This document shows, piece by piece, positions 1 through 12,560 of a stretch of 64,000 nucleotides of DNA. The stretch comes from Lama guanicoe. Its lineage: Eukaryota. Location: assembly GCA_013239625.1 (NCBI GenBank), contig MU053588.1, positions 2,180,508-2,244,507 on the forward strand, written 5' to 3'. Under the pieces are notes generated by a model. That model saw only the letters and a list, made by a program, of their open reading frames with translations. It had not been told where the DNA came from and did not search any database. Every line of letters begins with the position of its first letter. Positions within the stretch are counted from its first letter, which is position 1. The position numbers and the translations under genes were made by a program.

Positions 1-1803
1 AGAGGAAGTGGCAGAGGCAGGTTAGAACCTCGGCATCTGCCAAGGTTCAGAAAGCTCCATCAATAACCCCAAACTCAAGGCTCAAGTTGGGCGAGTACGC
101 CAAGGTGCCATGAACGTCATCCTGCCTGGAAAGGACAGCAGGAACCGGGTCTCCCCGGCTCAGTCTGATGGGGGAAGCCTGGCCTGGGAAGCCGCCTCTG
201 TCTCTCATCCCTGCTCCGTGTCTGCAGGCTGGGACAGGGCAGGATGGGCAGGCCCATCTCCCAGTTCCCACAGGGCCAGCCCATCAGCCTCCTCGCCTCC
301 TTCAAACATGCCTGACCCACTCCCCTCTACGGACTCACGGGCTGTCCCCTTCATCCTTGCCCCAGTTAACTGTGGAACTCACTCCCTTGCCTCCTTCAGA
401 TCTTTATTGAAACACCTCCTTCTCAGCAAGGCCCTCCCTGACCATCCCGTTTACAACAGCTCCCCCAGCCCACCTCACACCCCTCACTCCTCACATTGCT
501 GGATTTTTTCCCCATGGGCACTCACCACCACTGGACACGCTTGTCTACTCAGCTGCCACCAGCCCTCCCCATAAAGGTAAGACATCAACACGACGATGGG
601 GACTTTTGCCTGTTTGGTTCCCTGCTGTCACCCCAGTGTCTAGAACAGTGCCTGGAACACAGCAGCTGCTCAGTAAATGTCTGCCAAGTGACTGAAAGGA
701 CAGAGAGTGGCTACCCCCAGGCCTGGGACCCCCTCCCCGGGCGAAGGTCCGCGGAAGCCAGGGCAGTTGGCCCCCTTCACTCCCTGACGCCTGGACAAAC
801 CGACTCTCAGTACGTGCTTCTTTCCAGCCGTCCCTGCACATGGCAGTGAGGCCGTCAAGTGTGGCGGTGTGGGACAGGGGCCTGGGGCCTCAGGTCTAGT
901 CTCTTAAGTCTCTTCCCTGTAAATGACTTTACTTCTCAGCCGCCCACCAGCACAACCAGATCTGGTCACACACTGGCTCACGACAGCCTAGGGAGTTAAA
1001 GCTCTCTCCGTGCTGCTGGGGCCCAACGGTTCGATGCTGCATCGCCGCTCTGCCCACCTCCTCCAGCCCGCCCTCACTCACTCTGCTGCAGCCACACTGG
1101 CCAACTCTCCATGCAGGCACACTCCTACCTCTGACCTTGCTGTCCCATTCGCTGGGACGCCCCTGCCAGCTCTCTGTGTGGCTCACTTCCTCGCCTCCTC
1201 CAGGCCTCTGTTCACTGCACCCTCCTCAGGGCCGCTTCCCCTGACCACCCCATTTCACTCCCGCCCCTTCCCTCTCACAGCTCTCACCACCTCACATATG
1301 TCTGTTCGTCTGTTTATTGTCTGTCCCCACCCCACAATGGATCGCAAACTCCATGAGGGCACCAGAGTGTCCCCAGAGCCTGGGGCGGCCTGGCACACCA
1401 CACATGCTCCAGGAGTATTTGCTGAATCAATAAATGCTGTGTTACTTCAGTTAAGGGACTTCTCTGAGGCTCCATTTCTTCATCTATAAAATGGGGTTCG
1501 GAATGAGATCACTAATACAGAGGCAGAACTGGAGGCCTGGCCTGGGAGCTCCTGCAGGGGGTCCAGCTGGGCCTGGGCCTGGGCCTGGAGACTCAGGCCC
1601 AGACACAGCCCCAGCTCCTCTGCCCAGACCACTCTCAAACATTCCATGAAACAGGCGAGTGAGGAGCTACTGGCCTAGGGCAGGCAGGCAGGGCTCGGAA
1701 TACTGGCTCCTCAGATGGGAAAGACGCTGCAGCTCTGCCTCAGGAGGAGAGCCAGGCCAGGAGGGGGAAACATGCGATCCCATGGGCAAAAGCAGCCCCT
1801 TAC

Positions 1804-1849
1804 CGCGCTTGTGGAGCCAGCCTTCTTTGATGACAGACACCTCGTTCAT
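1804..1849 (-). CDS. AKT2: AKT2 (RAC-beta Ser/Thr kinase) first coding segment, start of PH domain; gene continues left of the window
   Basis: GCCACC-ATG Kozak at 1849; translates MNEVSVIKEGWLHKR-G, the AKT2 N-terminus; followed by a G|GTAAG donor at 1803. Confidence 0.97.
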
Positions 1850-1933
1850 GGTGGCAGCGTGACACGCTGTCACCTAGTTTGGGACAGCTCAGGGCAGCAG
1901 GACATGCAGGAGGCACGGTGGACAGAGCACGGT
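1850..1933 (-). other. AKT2: AKT2 exon 2, 5' UTR portion (84 nt)
   Basis: Pyrimidine tract and cttgcAG acceptor at 1935-1934 on the minus strand; 84 nt to the ATG. Confidence 0.9.
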
Positions 1934-4929
1934 CTGCAAGACAAGAGAGGAGCCATCAGAGTGGGAAGAGATCTGCCCTCGGGGCCAGTCTGAGCGGGGG
2001 AGACGTGGCCGTGTCCCCGGGGACCCCAATCCTGGGGGAAAAGGACACGACCCTGCCTTCAGAGCCCTACTCTGGCAGGAGCAGAGCTTCCTGGTCTGTG
2101 TCCAGGCCAGGCCCTGCACATCGGGCACCCATGAACAGAGGCAGCCCCCTCCACCCACCTTCATTTCTGACTAGGGGAAGGCAAGAGAGCAGTGCTCCAC
2201 CCCCCGCGTCACTCCCATGCCCAATGCTTGAGGTAACCTGGGATGAATCACCTCAGGGAGTGCTTGAAGCCACCAGCATCTGCCTGCCACCCCCGATCAC
2301 ACACACACACAGACATACTCCCTCTCTAACTCATCTCCTTTCCAAACCAAGGAGCCACCAACCTGCACCTTTAACAAACCGAGTCCCCCCACCCCCCGCA
2401 CCAGGCTACCCCATGTCACTCCCTCAGCCTCAGTCCACTCGTCCCAACAGATGACAGAGGAAACAAAGCTCGGAACTCCCAATTTTGAACAAGAAAGCCA
2501 CCTACTGTGTATGTGCTTATCTGGGGTCTAGGAGCCGGTCCTGGGGGCTCGACCAAGGCCCTCGTCCCTTCCCCGAGACCTCTGCTTCTGTCCTCAGGGA
2601 CCAGCAGCCGACAGACTGACGGACGCCGAGGCCGCTGCTTCGTCTCAGGTTCCCGGGGCGGAGGGGAGAAGGGGGGAGGCAGCCACCAGCTGGGCCTCTA
2701 CCTGGAGCCACAGGCCTGGACAGGGGCCATAGAGCCCAAGGCGCCTTTAGCCTTTCCTGGCTTGGGGTTATTTGCGGACAGCAGGTCAGGAGCCATGGTG
2801 GCCCCCAGAGAAGTGGCAGCTGGCTCTGGGGACACCGTGGGCATCAGCTTTCTCTCGTGCCCCAGGGGAGCTGGTGGGCCGGACGCACTACTGCCTGGCA
2901 TGTGACTGTGGCAAGCTGCCCAGGCCCTGGGCAGAGGGGAGGGAGGTAAATGGGACGAAGAGAAGTGGAGGAAGAGAAGATGGACAGTGACAGGGAAGTA
3001 AACGGGGTAAGAAATCACATTCTGGACTCTGAGCAGCAAACGCACGGCCCAACAGGGCTCCCTCCCCCAGCAGGCACGGACAGCACCCCAGGGGCTTATA
3101 CGCACAGATGGAACAGACCCAGGACCACCACCAGATTCTTGGATCCTACATGTCCCCCCAGTCTGTGCTTCAGTCTCTAATGTGACCAGGGTCTCCATTC
3201 CGGCCTCCCGATGATATGGCTCAGGTCCAGCACTGCCCTCTCCCACAAGGACTCGCTCCACATCCTCCCTGGCCTCCCACCCTCCAATCTGTCTCCCATT
3301 CAGCAGCTAGAGGGACTCTCACACCTGACCTGTGGCTTCCCACTGCCATGGGATTCCTCAGCTTGGGATTCCAGGCCCCTTAGGACCTGGCCTCTGCCGA
3401 CCCGCACTCCAGCTGCCTCCCATCACTGCTCAACCACCAGCTTCCTGACTGCCTGGCCTCCTGACCACCTCTTCCACCCTCCCCCAACCCCTTTCCCTTT
3501 CTCTTTCCCTCCCCTCCCCTCCCACCCTGGCTTTCTCCCTGGGCTCCCAGCCTCTGCTCTCAATCCCCATACTCCATCTCAATCTGACCTAGTCCCTCCC
3601 TGTTCAAAACCCTTCCATGGCTCCCCAGTGTGCTCAGAACACAGAACAAAGTCCTTTCCACCACAAGAAGGCCCTGAATAAGCTGAGGCACCTAGAAAGC
3701 CCTCTAGAAAGGCTAATGACCACGATGATGATCATTACACCAGCCACTACCCACCTCTCCAACCCCTCCACCCCCTACTCTCTGCCAGGCTTCTGTCACT
3801 TAGGCCCTTCCCTCTGGCCTCATCCCCAGTACCCTCTGTGAGTTCTCCCTCCTCCTCCTCAAGGTCTTAGCTGAATCAATGCCTCCTCCAGGACGCCCTC
3901 CTGACCTCAGAGGTTGCATTGAGTGTTCTCTGTACCTCTCCTTGGCCAACTCCCCCCACACCTATAAATGCTAATTCCTATTAGCACCTGTGTCCGGCTT
4001 TGTGTTGAATGCACAATGAACCAACCCAAGTCATCCCAACAGATCCCCACTCCAGGACTAGACACAGCTGCAGAAACATTTCTAGAATCTATTAACACCA
4101 CCAATATTTTTTTTGACTATGTTCTAAACTCCAGACTCTGTCCCGGGTGCCAGAGACAGAGCATCCTAAGACACAGCCCCTGCCTTCATGAAGCTCACAC
4201 TCCAGTTGGGGAGGTGGACGATGCACAAATACAAGTTCACCAGCATCAGGTGGTGGTGAAGAAGCAGCAAGTGGGGAAGAAGACAGCAGGCAAGGAGCGC
4301 TGTTAGCTGTGTGGTACAGGGGACATGTGAGCTGACACCTGAATTAACTCACAGAGTGAAACTTGCTGACATTAGGAAACAAATTTTAGGCCGGGCGGAC
4401 AGCAAATGCAAACCCCCCAAGGCAGGAAGGAGCTTGGGGAGTGTGGAGAACTGCCCAGGCCCGGCGTGGCTACAGGGTAAGGAACCGGGCTGGGGTGGAT
4501 GGGGAGAGCACGCAGGGCCTGGTGGCAGGTGTGGTGGGCAGTTAGGGAATTAGGGAACTCCTCCTCAACACAGGGGCCCATGCTGCACTTTCCCCTGGTA
4601 CGAGCTCAGTTCAGAATGGGCCTGGGTTCCCAAACAGGGCTGGGGTAGGGAACCCAGAGTCCAAAGGACAGGTGGATATGGAAGGCAAGGACAGCAGCCT
4701 GGTGTCCAATCTCAGCTCTCTCCTCCCCTGACCCCTCTCTCCCAGGCAACTTCACCTCTCAGAGCCTCCAAAATTAGCAGCACCAGGGCTGTCAGTAGCA
4801 CTAAAGCACCCACTGTGTGCAGGGGCTCGGCCTACTGCCTGGCCCCCAGTGGACACCCAAACATGTGGCTGCCACGATCGGAGAGAGGAGTGAAGGTAGC
4901 CAGGTGTGGTCAAGAGTGGTCAGGGCTGC

Positions 4930-5599
4930 TGAACTATGGAAAACAGTGTGGAGATTCCTCAAAAGACTAGGAATAGACTTACCATATGACCCAGGCATCC
5001 CACTCCTGGGCTTGTATCCAGAAGGAAATCTACTTCAGGATGACACCTGCACTCCAATGTTCATAGCAGCACTATTTACAATAGCCAAAACATGGAAACA
5101 GCCTAAATGTCCATCAATAGGTGACTGGATAAAGAAGATGTGGTATATTTATACATTGGAATACTACTCAGCCATAAAAACCAACAACATAACGCCATTT
5201 GCAGCAACATGGATGCTCCTAGAGAATGTCATTCTAAGTGAAGTAAGCCAGAAAGAGAAAGAAAAATACCATATGAGATCGCTCATATGTGGAATCTAAA
5301 GACTCATGGACAGAGAATACAGACTTGTGGTTACCAGGGGGGTAGAGGGTGGGAAGGGATAGACTGGGATTTCAAAATTGTAGAATAGATAAACAAGATT
5401 ACACTGTATAGCACAGGGAAATATACACAAAATGTTATGATAAATCACAGAGAAAAAAATGTGACAATGAGTGTGTATATGTCCATGAATGACTGAAAAA
5501 TTGTGAACACTGGAATTCGACACAACATTGTAAAATGATTATAAATCAATAAAAAATGTTTAAAAAAAAAGAAAATACATAAACATAGAGAAAAAAAAA
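4930..5599 (+). mobile_element. Young 5'-truncated LINE-1 (ORF2 C-terminus, 3' UTR, poly-A)
   Basis: Open ORF2 tail LWKTVWRFLK...[15 protein letters not shown]...; AATAAA at 5548; perfect 18-bp TSD AAGAGTGGTCAGGGCTGC at 4912-4929 and 5600-5617. Confidence 0.95.
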
Positions 5600-6349
5600 A
5601 AGAGTGGTCAGGGCTGCAGAGTCCAAGAGCCAATGCCAGCTGGGTGGCCTTGAGCAGGCCAGTGCTCCCACAGAGTCTCTCCTGTCCGATCTCAACCACC
5701 CCACCAGAGGGCTGGGGCCCTGACCATGACCGTGACCGTGCCCAGGGGAGGGCAGAGGCTCTGAGAGGGGAGGCCTTGGGTTTCCCAGCTGAGGGGTAGT
5801 GGAGGCCCTGGCTGCTACTCAACACACCAGAGCCACTTTTTACATTCTAACTCCGGGGACTAAAAAGCCAGCAGCAGTTTGGGTGAGGACAGGGGGAGGG
5901 ACTGGGAGATCCCCTGCATCCTGCCGGGATCCTGATCCCGGCATCCTGCCCGTCCTCCCACTGAGGGTGGCGCCTCCGCTGAGGTGTCTGTGACGCAGGC
6001 CTGCAGTGATGAAACACTATCACTGCAGCCAAGAAGATGGCCTGCTCCCGTGGGAGCTGCCGCTGGAGGACACCCAGGCGGGAGGACACAGACCTGCTTC
6101 TGGAAGTGGGTGTCAGCCCACAGGGGCCTGCCTGGCCGCCTACCTGCAGGCACCACATCCTACAGTCGGGAGTGCCTGCATGGCCCCACCCCACTCGCTT
6201 CTTCCTAGGGTGCCTGGGCCTCAATCGGCTGAGGGTCTGGGCAGGAGCTGTAGCTGTTGGCTAGGGGTTAGCCAGCTGGGAGGCAAGGTGAAAAGCGCAA
6301 GGGCACCTCACAGGAGAGGACACCCTCACAACCAAGAACGCACATAGCC

Positions 6350-7090
6350 TCATTCATTACAGGGAAATGCAAACTCAAACCATCCACTAGAATGGCTAAA
6401 ATTTTTTAAACTGACGATGCCAAGTGTTGTCAAAAAAGTAAAGGAATTGCTACTGGTGGGGGTATAAAATGGTTCAAACCAAACCACTATGGGAACTCGC
6501 TGGGCAACAGGAATTAAAAACTCAATATATCCCTCCCCAATGGCCCAACGGCTCCACAGCCCCCCAACAGAAATGAGCATATCTGTTCACCAAAAGACAA
6601 TTGCGAGCATGTTCACAGCAGCAATACTCACAGTAACCTCAGAACTGGAAACAGACCAGGTGTCTACCCAGAGGAGAACAGATAAACAACCTAAGGTAAA
6701 TTCACACAGCGCAACACCACTCAGCAATAAAAAGGAACGAACTACTGATACCTGCCCCAGGGATGAAGTGTAAAAACTTGAAGTGGAGCGAAAGAAGCCA
6801 GACGTAAAACAACACATCAAGTATGAGTCCACAGACAGCAAGCTCAGAATAGGCAGCATGACACTGTTTCTCACTTGTAAAACTGCGCAGAAAATCACGG
6901 AAGCAAATGTCCAAAATTCAGGAGAGTTGTTACATTCGGGAGCAAAAGAGGAGTGGGGTTTCTAGGAGCAGACAATATTCTATTGTGACCACACAGAATT
7001 ACAGCTTTACAGTTGTTACACTATACTGTGTAAAATATGTTGAACATATTTTTCAGTATTTTATGACAAAAGAAGTTATCATTAAAAAAG
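6350..7090 (+). mobile_element. Old L1M 3' fragment
   Basis: Degenerate ORF2-end motifs (agggaaatgcaaa, atgttcacagcagc, ctggaaaca) ending in an A-rich tail. Confidence 0.7.
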
Positions 7091-8987
7091 AACCTGGGTG
7101 TAGGAGTCTAGAAGATACAGAGAGCTGAAATCAGGCTTCCTGGCTTCCAGGGCACCCCCAAACCCCCAAGACTGGCTTGCCTGGATTTTCACCTCAAGGC
7201 CAGTCACCAGTGAATAAAGAGGAGGAATCTGAGGTCCGAAGGATCCAAATTTCAACCCCAGGCGCTGCTGCTTCTTGGCTGTGTGACTGCAGGCAAGTGA
7301 CACTCTCTGTGCGCCTGAGTGCTCCCATCTGTACACGATCCGGCTGGAGGAGGGACCTGCAGCCCTAGAGGGAGCAGGGCCCCAGGCTTCCAGCCCTGTA
7401 GCCCATTGGTGGGCAGGGCTGGAGTTTTGGTGAGAACGTGTAATAGAGAGGAAAGCTGACGGGGAATGAAGATCACCACCCGCAGTGGTCAGCTCAGGGC
7501 AGGGAGGGCGAGGGGACTGGAGAGGGGTCCCTAAGGGGGCTCTGACCGCACTGGCAAGGTTTTATTTTTTAAATAGTTGCTGAGTACATGGGTATCACTT
7601 ACTCACTCTTTCATTCTGCCTCAAACATCCTAATAAATTTACTATTTTTCTAAGTTTTAGCCCTTTCTATTCCCATCTGTCTGCCTCGTGGATCCCGTTT
7701 CTTGATGATTTCCAAACTGTAGCTCCCTCCGAAGCTTCACCTCACACTGCTGGGGTCACTCACGTCCATCAGAAGTGACAGGACAATGCAGGGCCAAGAG
7801 GAGAGAGGCCCTCGCATGACTGCCTCGTCCTAGCCAGCAGCCCTGAGTAGGGACTGGGTCCAGGAAAGGGTCCTTTCAAGCCTCTTTCTTCATCTGTAAA
7901 ATCAGTGTTGTTGTGGTTCCTGCTGCTAAGAAGGGTGGTATGGCCTAGCGCTTCTGTCCTCGCCCCTCCTACAATCCAGGACCTTGTGGCCACCTGAGTC
8001 CGAGCACATTCCTCCTCTGCTCAAACCCTCCCATGGTCCTATCTCACCCAGAGTAAAAGTAGCCAAAGTCCTTACAGGAGCCACAGGACCCTATGAGGTC
8101 TGCTCTATCCCCCCCATCACTTCTCCAAACACACACTATGGCACTGGTGCCTCCGACACACAGGGACACCCCTACCTCAGGGCCCTTACACATGCTGCCC
8201 CCTCACTTGGAACTCGCTTCTCTGAGTATCCATAGGGACCCGCCCCACTTTCTTCAGCCTCTGCCCACATGTCTCTTTCTCTGCAAAGCCTCCCTACCCT
8301 CCCTGGTCAACAGTGCAGCTAGCTGATGTCCTCTTATCCTTTACTCTTATTTCTAAGTGCTTATCATCACAGACACAAGTGTATCTATTTACTTGTTCAT
8401 CAGTTTACTGTCGACTTGTGCTGGGTCACAGTGGGCCCTTAATATTTATGGAATAAATGTAAGAGTGAAGCCCTGGGCCCAGAACAGGCTCAAAATAAGT
8501 TAAATTCCTTTCCTTGCCACTTGTCAAGTCCTTTCTCTCTCACCCCCTTTCCCTGACCTGCTTTCTATGCCAGACAGCACAGATGGGATAAGGGAAGCAA
8601 GAGGGGGAGGTGGAAGCTCTGTGTCTCCTGGAGCTGCAGACAGTGAGGGGGCTCCTTCCTGACACCTTGACCCCCTGGGAGTCTCTGTCATCTACTCTCT
8701 AATCTGCACCTCACCTACAGCTCCCAGAGGAGGAATTGCTCAAGAGAGAAATTCAGACACAACAGGAACCTGGCATTTGCCAGGCAGCGCCTGCCCGTGG
8801 GACCTCGGAAGGAAAGGCACACAGGGCAAGTGGAGAGAAACGTCTCCCTCGTTCGTCCGCAGCCCTGCGAACCGATCCTGCGTTCTGTGAGGGCGCTTTA
8901 GCGAACGCGATAAAGCAGAAAACGCACACGTCCTTGGAGGAGTTTCTCTTGTAGAACACGCTTATGCCTGTGCATAAGGTTCTCAGG

Positions 8988-9210
8988 CGGAGTTTCTCAA
9001 CCTCAGCACTAGTGACATTTGGGGCTAGATAACTCTTGTTGTGGGGGCTGTTCCGTGCACTGTAGGAGGTTTTAGCAGCATCCTTGGTATGTCTCTACTC
9101 GCTAAAACCAACAGCACACCCTCCCCCAGAGTTGTGACCATCAAAAATGTCTTCAGACATGACCAAATGTCCCCTGGATGTCAAGCCATCCCCTGGGTGA
9201 GAACCACTAC
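8988..9210. mobile_element. MER20-like hAT-Charlie DNA transposon relic
   Basis: Ends GTTTCTCAA...TGAGAACCACT; internal gacatttggggc and tgtaggaggtttagcagcatcc typical of MER20; splits an older L1 fragment. Confidence 0.85.
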
Positions 9211-11175
9211 TCTGAGAGTATTGTTGCTGGACTAGTGAAACCCTGGAAGCAATCCAAATGCCCACAACAGGGGCCTAGTACTGTCACAACAGTCAACGGG
9301 ATGCCAGTGCTAAAAAGAGTCAGTGCCCATACAGCACTTGGTACATGCCTGGCACACCTAAGTGCTTTACCGGGGAATTCAACCCTCACAGCAACCTATG
9401 TGGCAGGTGCTCTGATCATCTCCACTTTAATGAAGAAACTAAGTCACGAGCGTGAAAAGACCTGTCGCATCACCAGCTCAGGAAGTTTGGAGCTGGACTG
9501 GGACCACATGCACCATGCAGCCCGTAGAGTCAGGCAGACCTGGATTCGGGTCCCCGTGCCTCGGATGCACAGCCTCCCGGGTCTCAGCTTCCTTCTCTGT
9601 GCAAGCGGGGTGACAGCAGTGTCCTCACCACCACAGGCGCACGCACGGGAGGAGCCCAGCACAGCGCCCGGCCCTTGGAGGAGGGCCACCCACTGGACGG
9701 AACATAATGCAGTCGTCCCAAGTGTGAGAACCAACCTGGACGGGCCATCAGCATTCAGTGTGCTCACGGCACCCCTCATCGCCTCACTTCTGAGGTGCTG
9801 CTTTCTTCACAGACTGATGTCCCTGAGACTGACATGCATCTCACAACCCACAGATAAACTTCACCGGCAGCACCCTTTTTAGAAAAGTGGTTATAGGATC
9901 AACGAATGGAGATTACAGGGAACAGTTTTCGGCTGGAGGACACAAGGCATGTTATGTTAAATGCCATGTGCAGAGAAGGAACTGTGCCAAAGAGACAACA
10001 GAGGCAGAAATTTAATGGGAGCGGGAGTCAAGGTGGCCTCAAGAACCAAATGCATTTCAACCTCAGCTCCGCCACTTGCTGTGTGACCAGGCAAATCGCT
10101 TCCCCTTTCTCTACCACGGTTTCCTCATAACAACGGGACAGAGCTCCCAAGCTGCTGTGAGGATTAAATGAGTTCATCCACATAAAGTCCTCTGAACAGA
10201 GCTCAATCTGGCAACTACTCAACACCGATCTGGAGTTATCATCTCCTCTGAAGGGGGGAGACATGGGGATCGTCACTTCCTATGTTACACTTTTCTCTAA
10301 CGTGAATTTTTACCTATTCTACCTCCTTGCTAAGAAAGAGGCATTAAAGACACTTTTTTTTTCTTCTCTTGAGCACCACACGCTCCCCGCAACAGCCCCA
10401 TCTGTCTACTTGGAGCAGGTAGGACAGGAGACAGGCTGAAGACGTGAGTGGGCTGTGAATGATGCTGGGACAAGAATAAGCACCAGAGTAGATTTTCTCT
10501 CTTCCTTGCCACCACCCACACCGCCCGTCTCCTCGCCATCCAGGGCCTACAGCACCCCCAGAAATCATGTCGAAAGTCTGAGTCTGCTGGGCCGCAGACC
10601 CCAAATACTCTGAGAACCCCACACCATAGCCAGAGGGACCGTCCAAACACAGCACTTGGCCCTGTCCATCCCCTGCTTGGGGGTCACATCACAGGCCCCT
10701 GTGGAGACTGCAAAGGCACACCTGAGGTGGCCTCTGCCTGTTCTCCAGCCTCACTGGTCAGCACACTCTCCCCCTCACTTTCCCCTTTTCTCCTTGCTCT
10801 CTCTCACCCCAGAGCCTTCGCACATGCTAGTCCCTCATCTAGGGGACCATCTTCACCTGCTAAACCCTCATTTCCTTAGGAAAGCCTGCCCTGACTGCAC
10901 CCTGCCCCACGAGTCACAGACCTTCAGAGCTCGGCTTTTCTCCCCCCATAGCACTTACCGCAACTGTCACTTGTACAAATATCTGGGTAATGGTGCCTCC
11001 CCCATGGGACTAGGCGCTCCACAAGGCAGGGACAGAGTCTCTCCTAGTCCCCAGTCTGTCCCTCGCACAGGGCCAGGCCCAGAGCTTTCATTAATTCAGA
11101 ATGGGGGTGGCAAACAGAACCACAGCTTTTGAGCTCAGAGTTCTGCCAACTGAAGGGAAACAAAAAATTCTGCAT

Positions 11176-11700
11176 TCATTCATTCCACAAACATGGAACC
11201 TGTGCTGTGTCAGCACTGCTCTGGTCACAGGGAGACAGCAATGACCAAACCAGAACTCCCTGCCCTGGGGGAGTTTACAGAGGGGTGGGGCAGGAGGAGG
11301 GTGGACAGGCATTAACACAAGTAAATTAAATAAACAGGTAAATTACACAGCACGTCAGAATCTGACAAATGTTATGGAAGAAAGAAGCAGAGAGAGGACT
11401 GAGTGTGTAGGAAAGGGTGAAAATCTCTGGTTTTATATATGGTGGTCAGAGAGGGGCTCACTAAGATGGTGACATCTGAGCAAGACCTGAAAGAGACAAG
11501 GCAGCCCCGTGGAGACCTGAGGGAGGGCAGTCTAGGCCGAGGAAGAACAGTGCCAAAGCATGGCCTGCGAGAGACACTGTCAGGTGGTACAGAGGGGAGT
11601 GAGGCACAGGCAGCTACCCAGGAAGCTGGGGGCCTGGCTGGGCAGGGCCTGGATGTCCACTGGAAGGGCTGAGGCTATTTCTTGGAAAGAAATGGGAACT
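11176..11700 (-). mobile_element. L2 LINE 3' fragment
   Basis: cattcattcattc terminus and the typical L2 segment gtggtcagagagggg...gtgacatctgagcaagacctga. Confidence 0.7.
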
Positions 11701-12459
11701 GTCGGCTTGAGAGGGGTGCAGTGTGCAGAATCCTCTGGCCCCAGTGAGGCAGCGGCTGTATCCCAGTCTTCTCTTCCAGGAACTGTCTCCCAGAAGAAGC
11801 CCTGTGCGCTGGCCTAACACTCCACCACCTGGCTCACTTGGGGACCACGAGGACTCATACTTCGCAGACGGGGAAAACCAGGGACAGGAAGGCAAGGCAG
11901 CTAGGACACAGCCAAGGAGGCTGGATAATGCTGTCCCAGCCTGAGCCTTCTCCACCTCCCTCTGGCCTCGCTCCCAAGAAACCTAGCCCCATCCCACATC
12001 CCTGCCAGCCCTCCCTTATCACCCTTGATGCCTTGCAGACCTGGGCTGCTCACACACATACACACACATGCACACGGGGCCCCTGCAGTCTGGTGTAGGG
12101 GGTCCTCCCTCACAGGTGTGGCTCCGTACCATTATCACCATCATCCACCTGGAAATGAGGAGAGGCCTGGTGGCTGAGTCCCCACCTTATCCCTAGGACA
12201 CCCTGGAGCCAACAAGCAGGGTCCTAACCAGGGCCAACATTTACTGGGTGCTCACAACGTGCCAGGCCTGGATTCATATCAGTAATCCTCAAAGCAACCC
12301 TGTGAGGTAGATGCAATTATTATCCCCATTCTTCAGAGCAGGAAACTGAGACCCAGAGAGAACAAATCTCATGCCCAAGATTATACTGCAGGTGACTACA
12401 GGAGATGGCTGATATAGACAAGAGAACTTTCTGAAATGACAAAAACGTGGCTACTGGCA

Positions 12460-12560
12460 CTAGTCCAACTAAAGAACTGAATTTTCACTTTAATTTCAAT
12501 TAATTAAAATCTAAATAGCCACCCATGGCTAGTGCCTAGCATATTGGAGTGCAGCTCTAT
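12460..12560. mobile_element. MER3/MER33-like hAT relic
   Basis: aactgaattttcactttaatttcaattaattaaaatctaaatagccac...atattgga...gcagctct matches the MER3/MER33 end pattern. Confidence 0.6.

Noticed and set aside
1850..1873. In-frame GTG giving an 8-aa N-terminal extension of AKT2
   Set aside because: GTG in weak context close to an optimal GCCACC-ATG; no supporting evidence.
4817..5299. 160-aa ORF as a possible new gene
   Set aside because: It is the L1 ORF2 C-terminus fused by chance to flanking sequence across the TSD.
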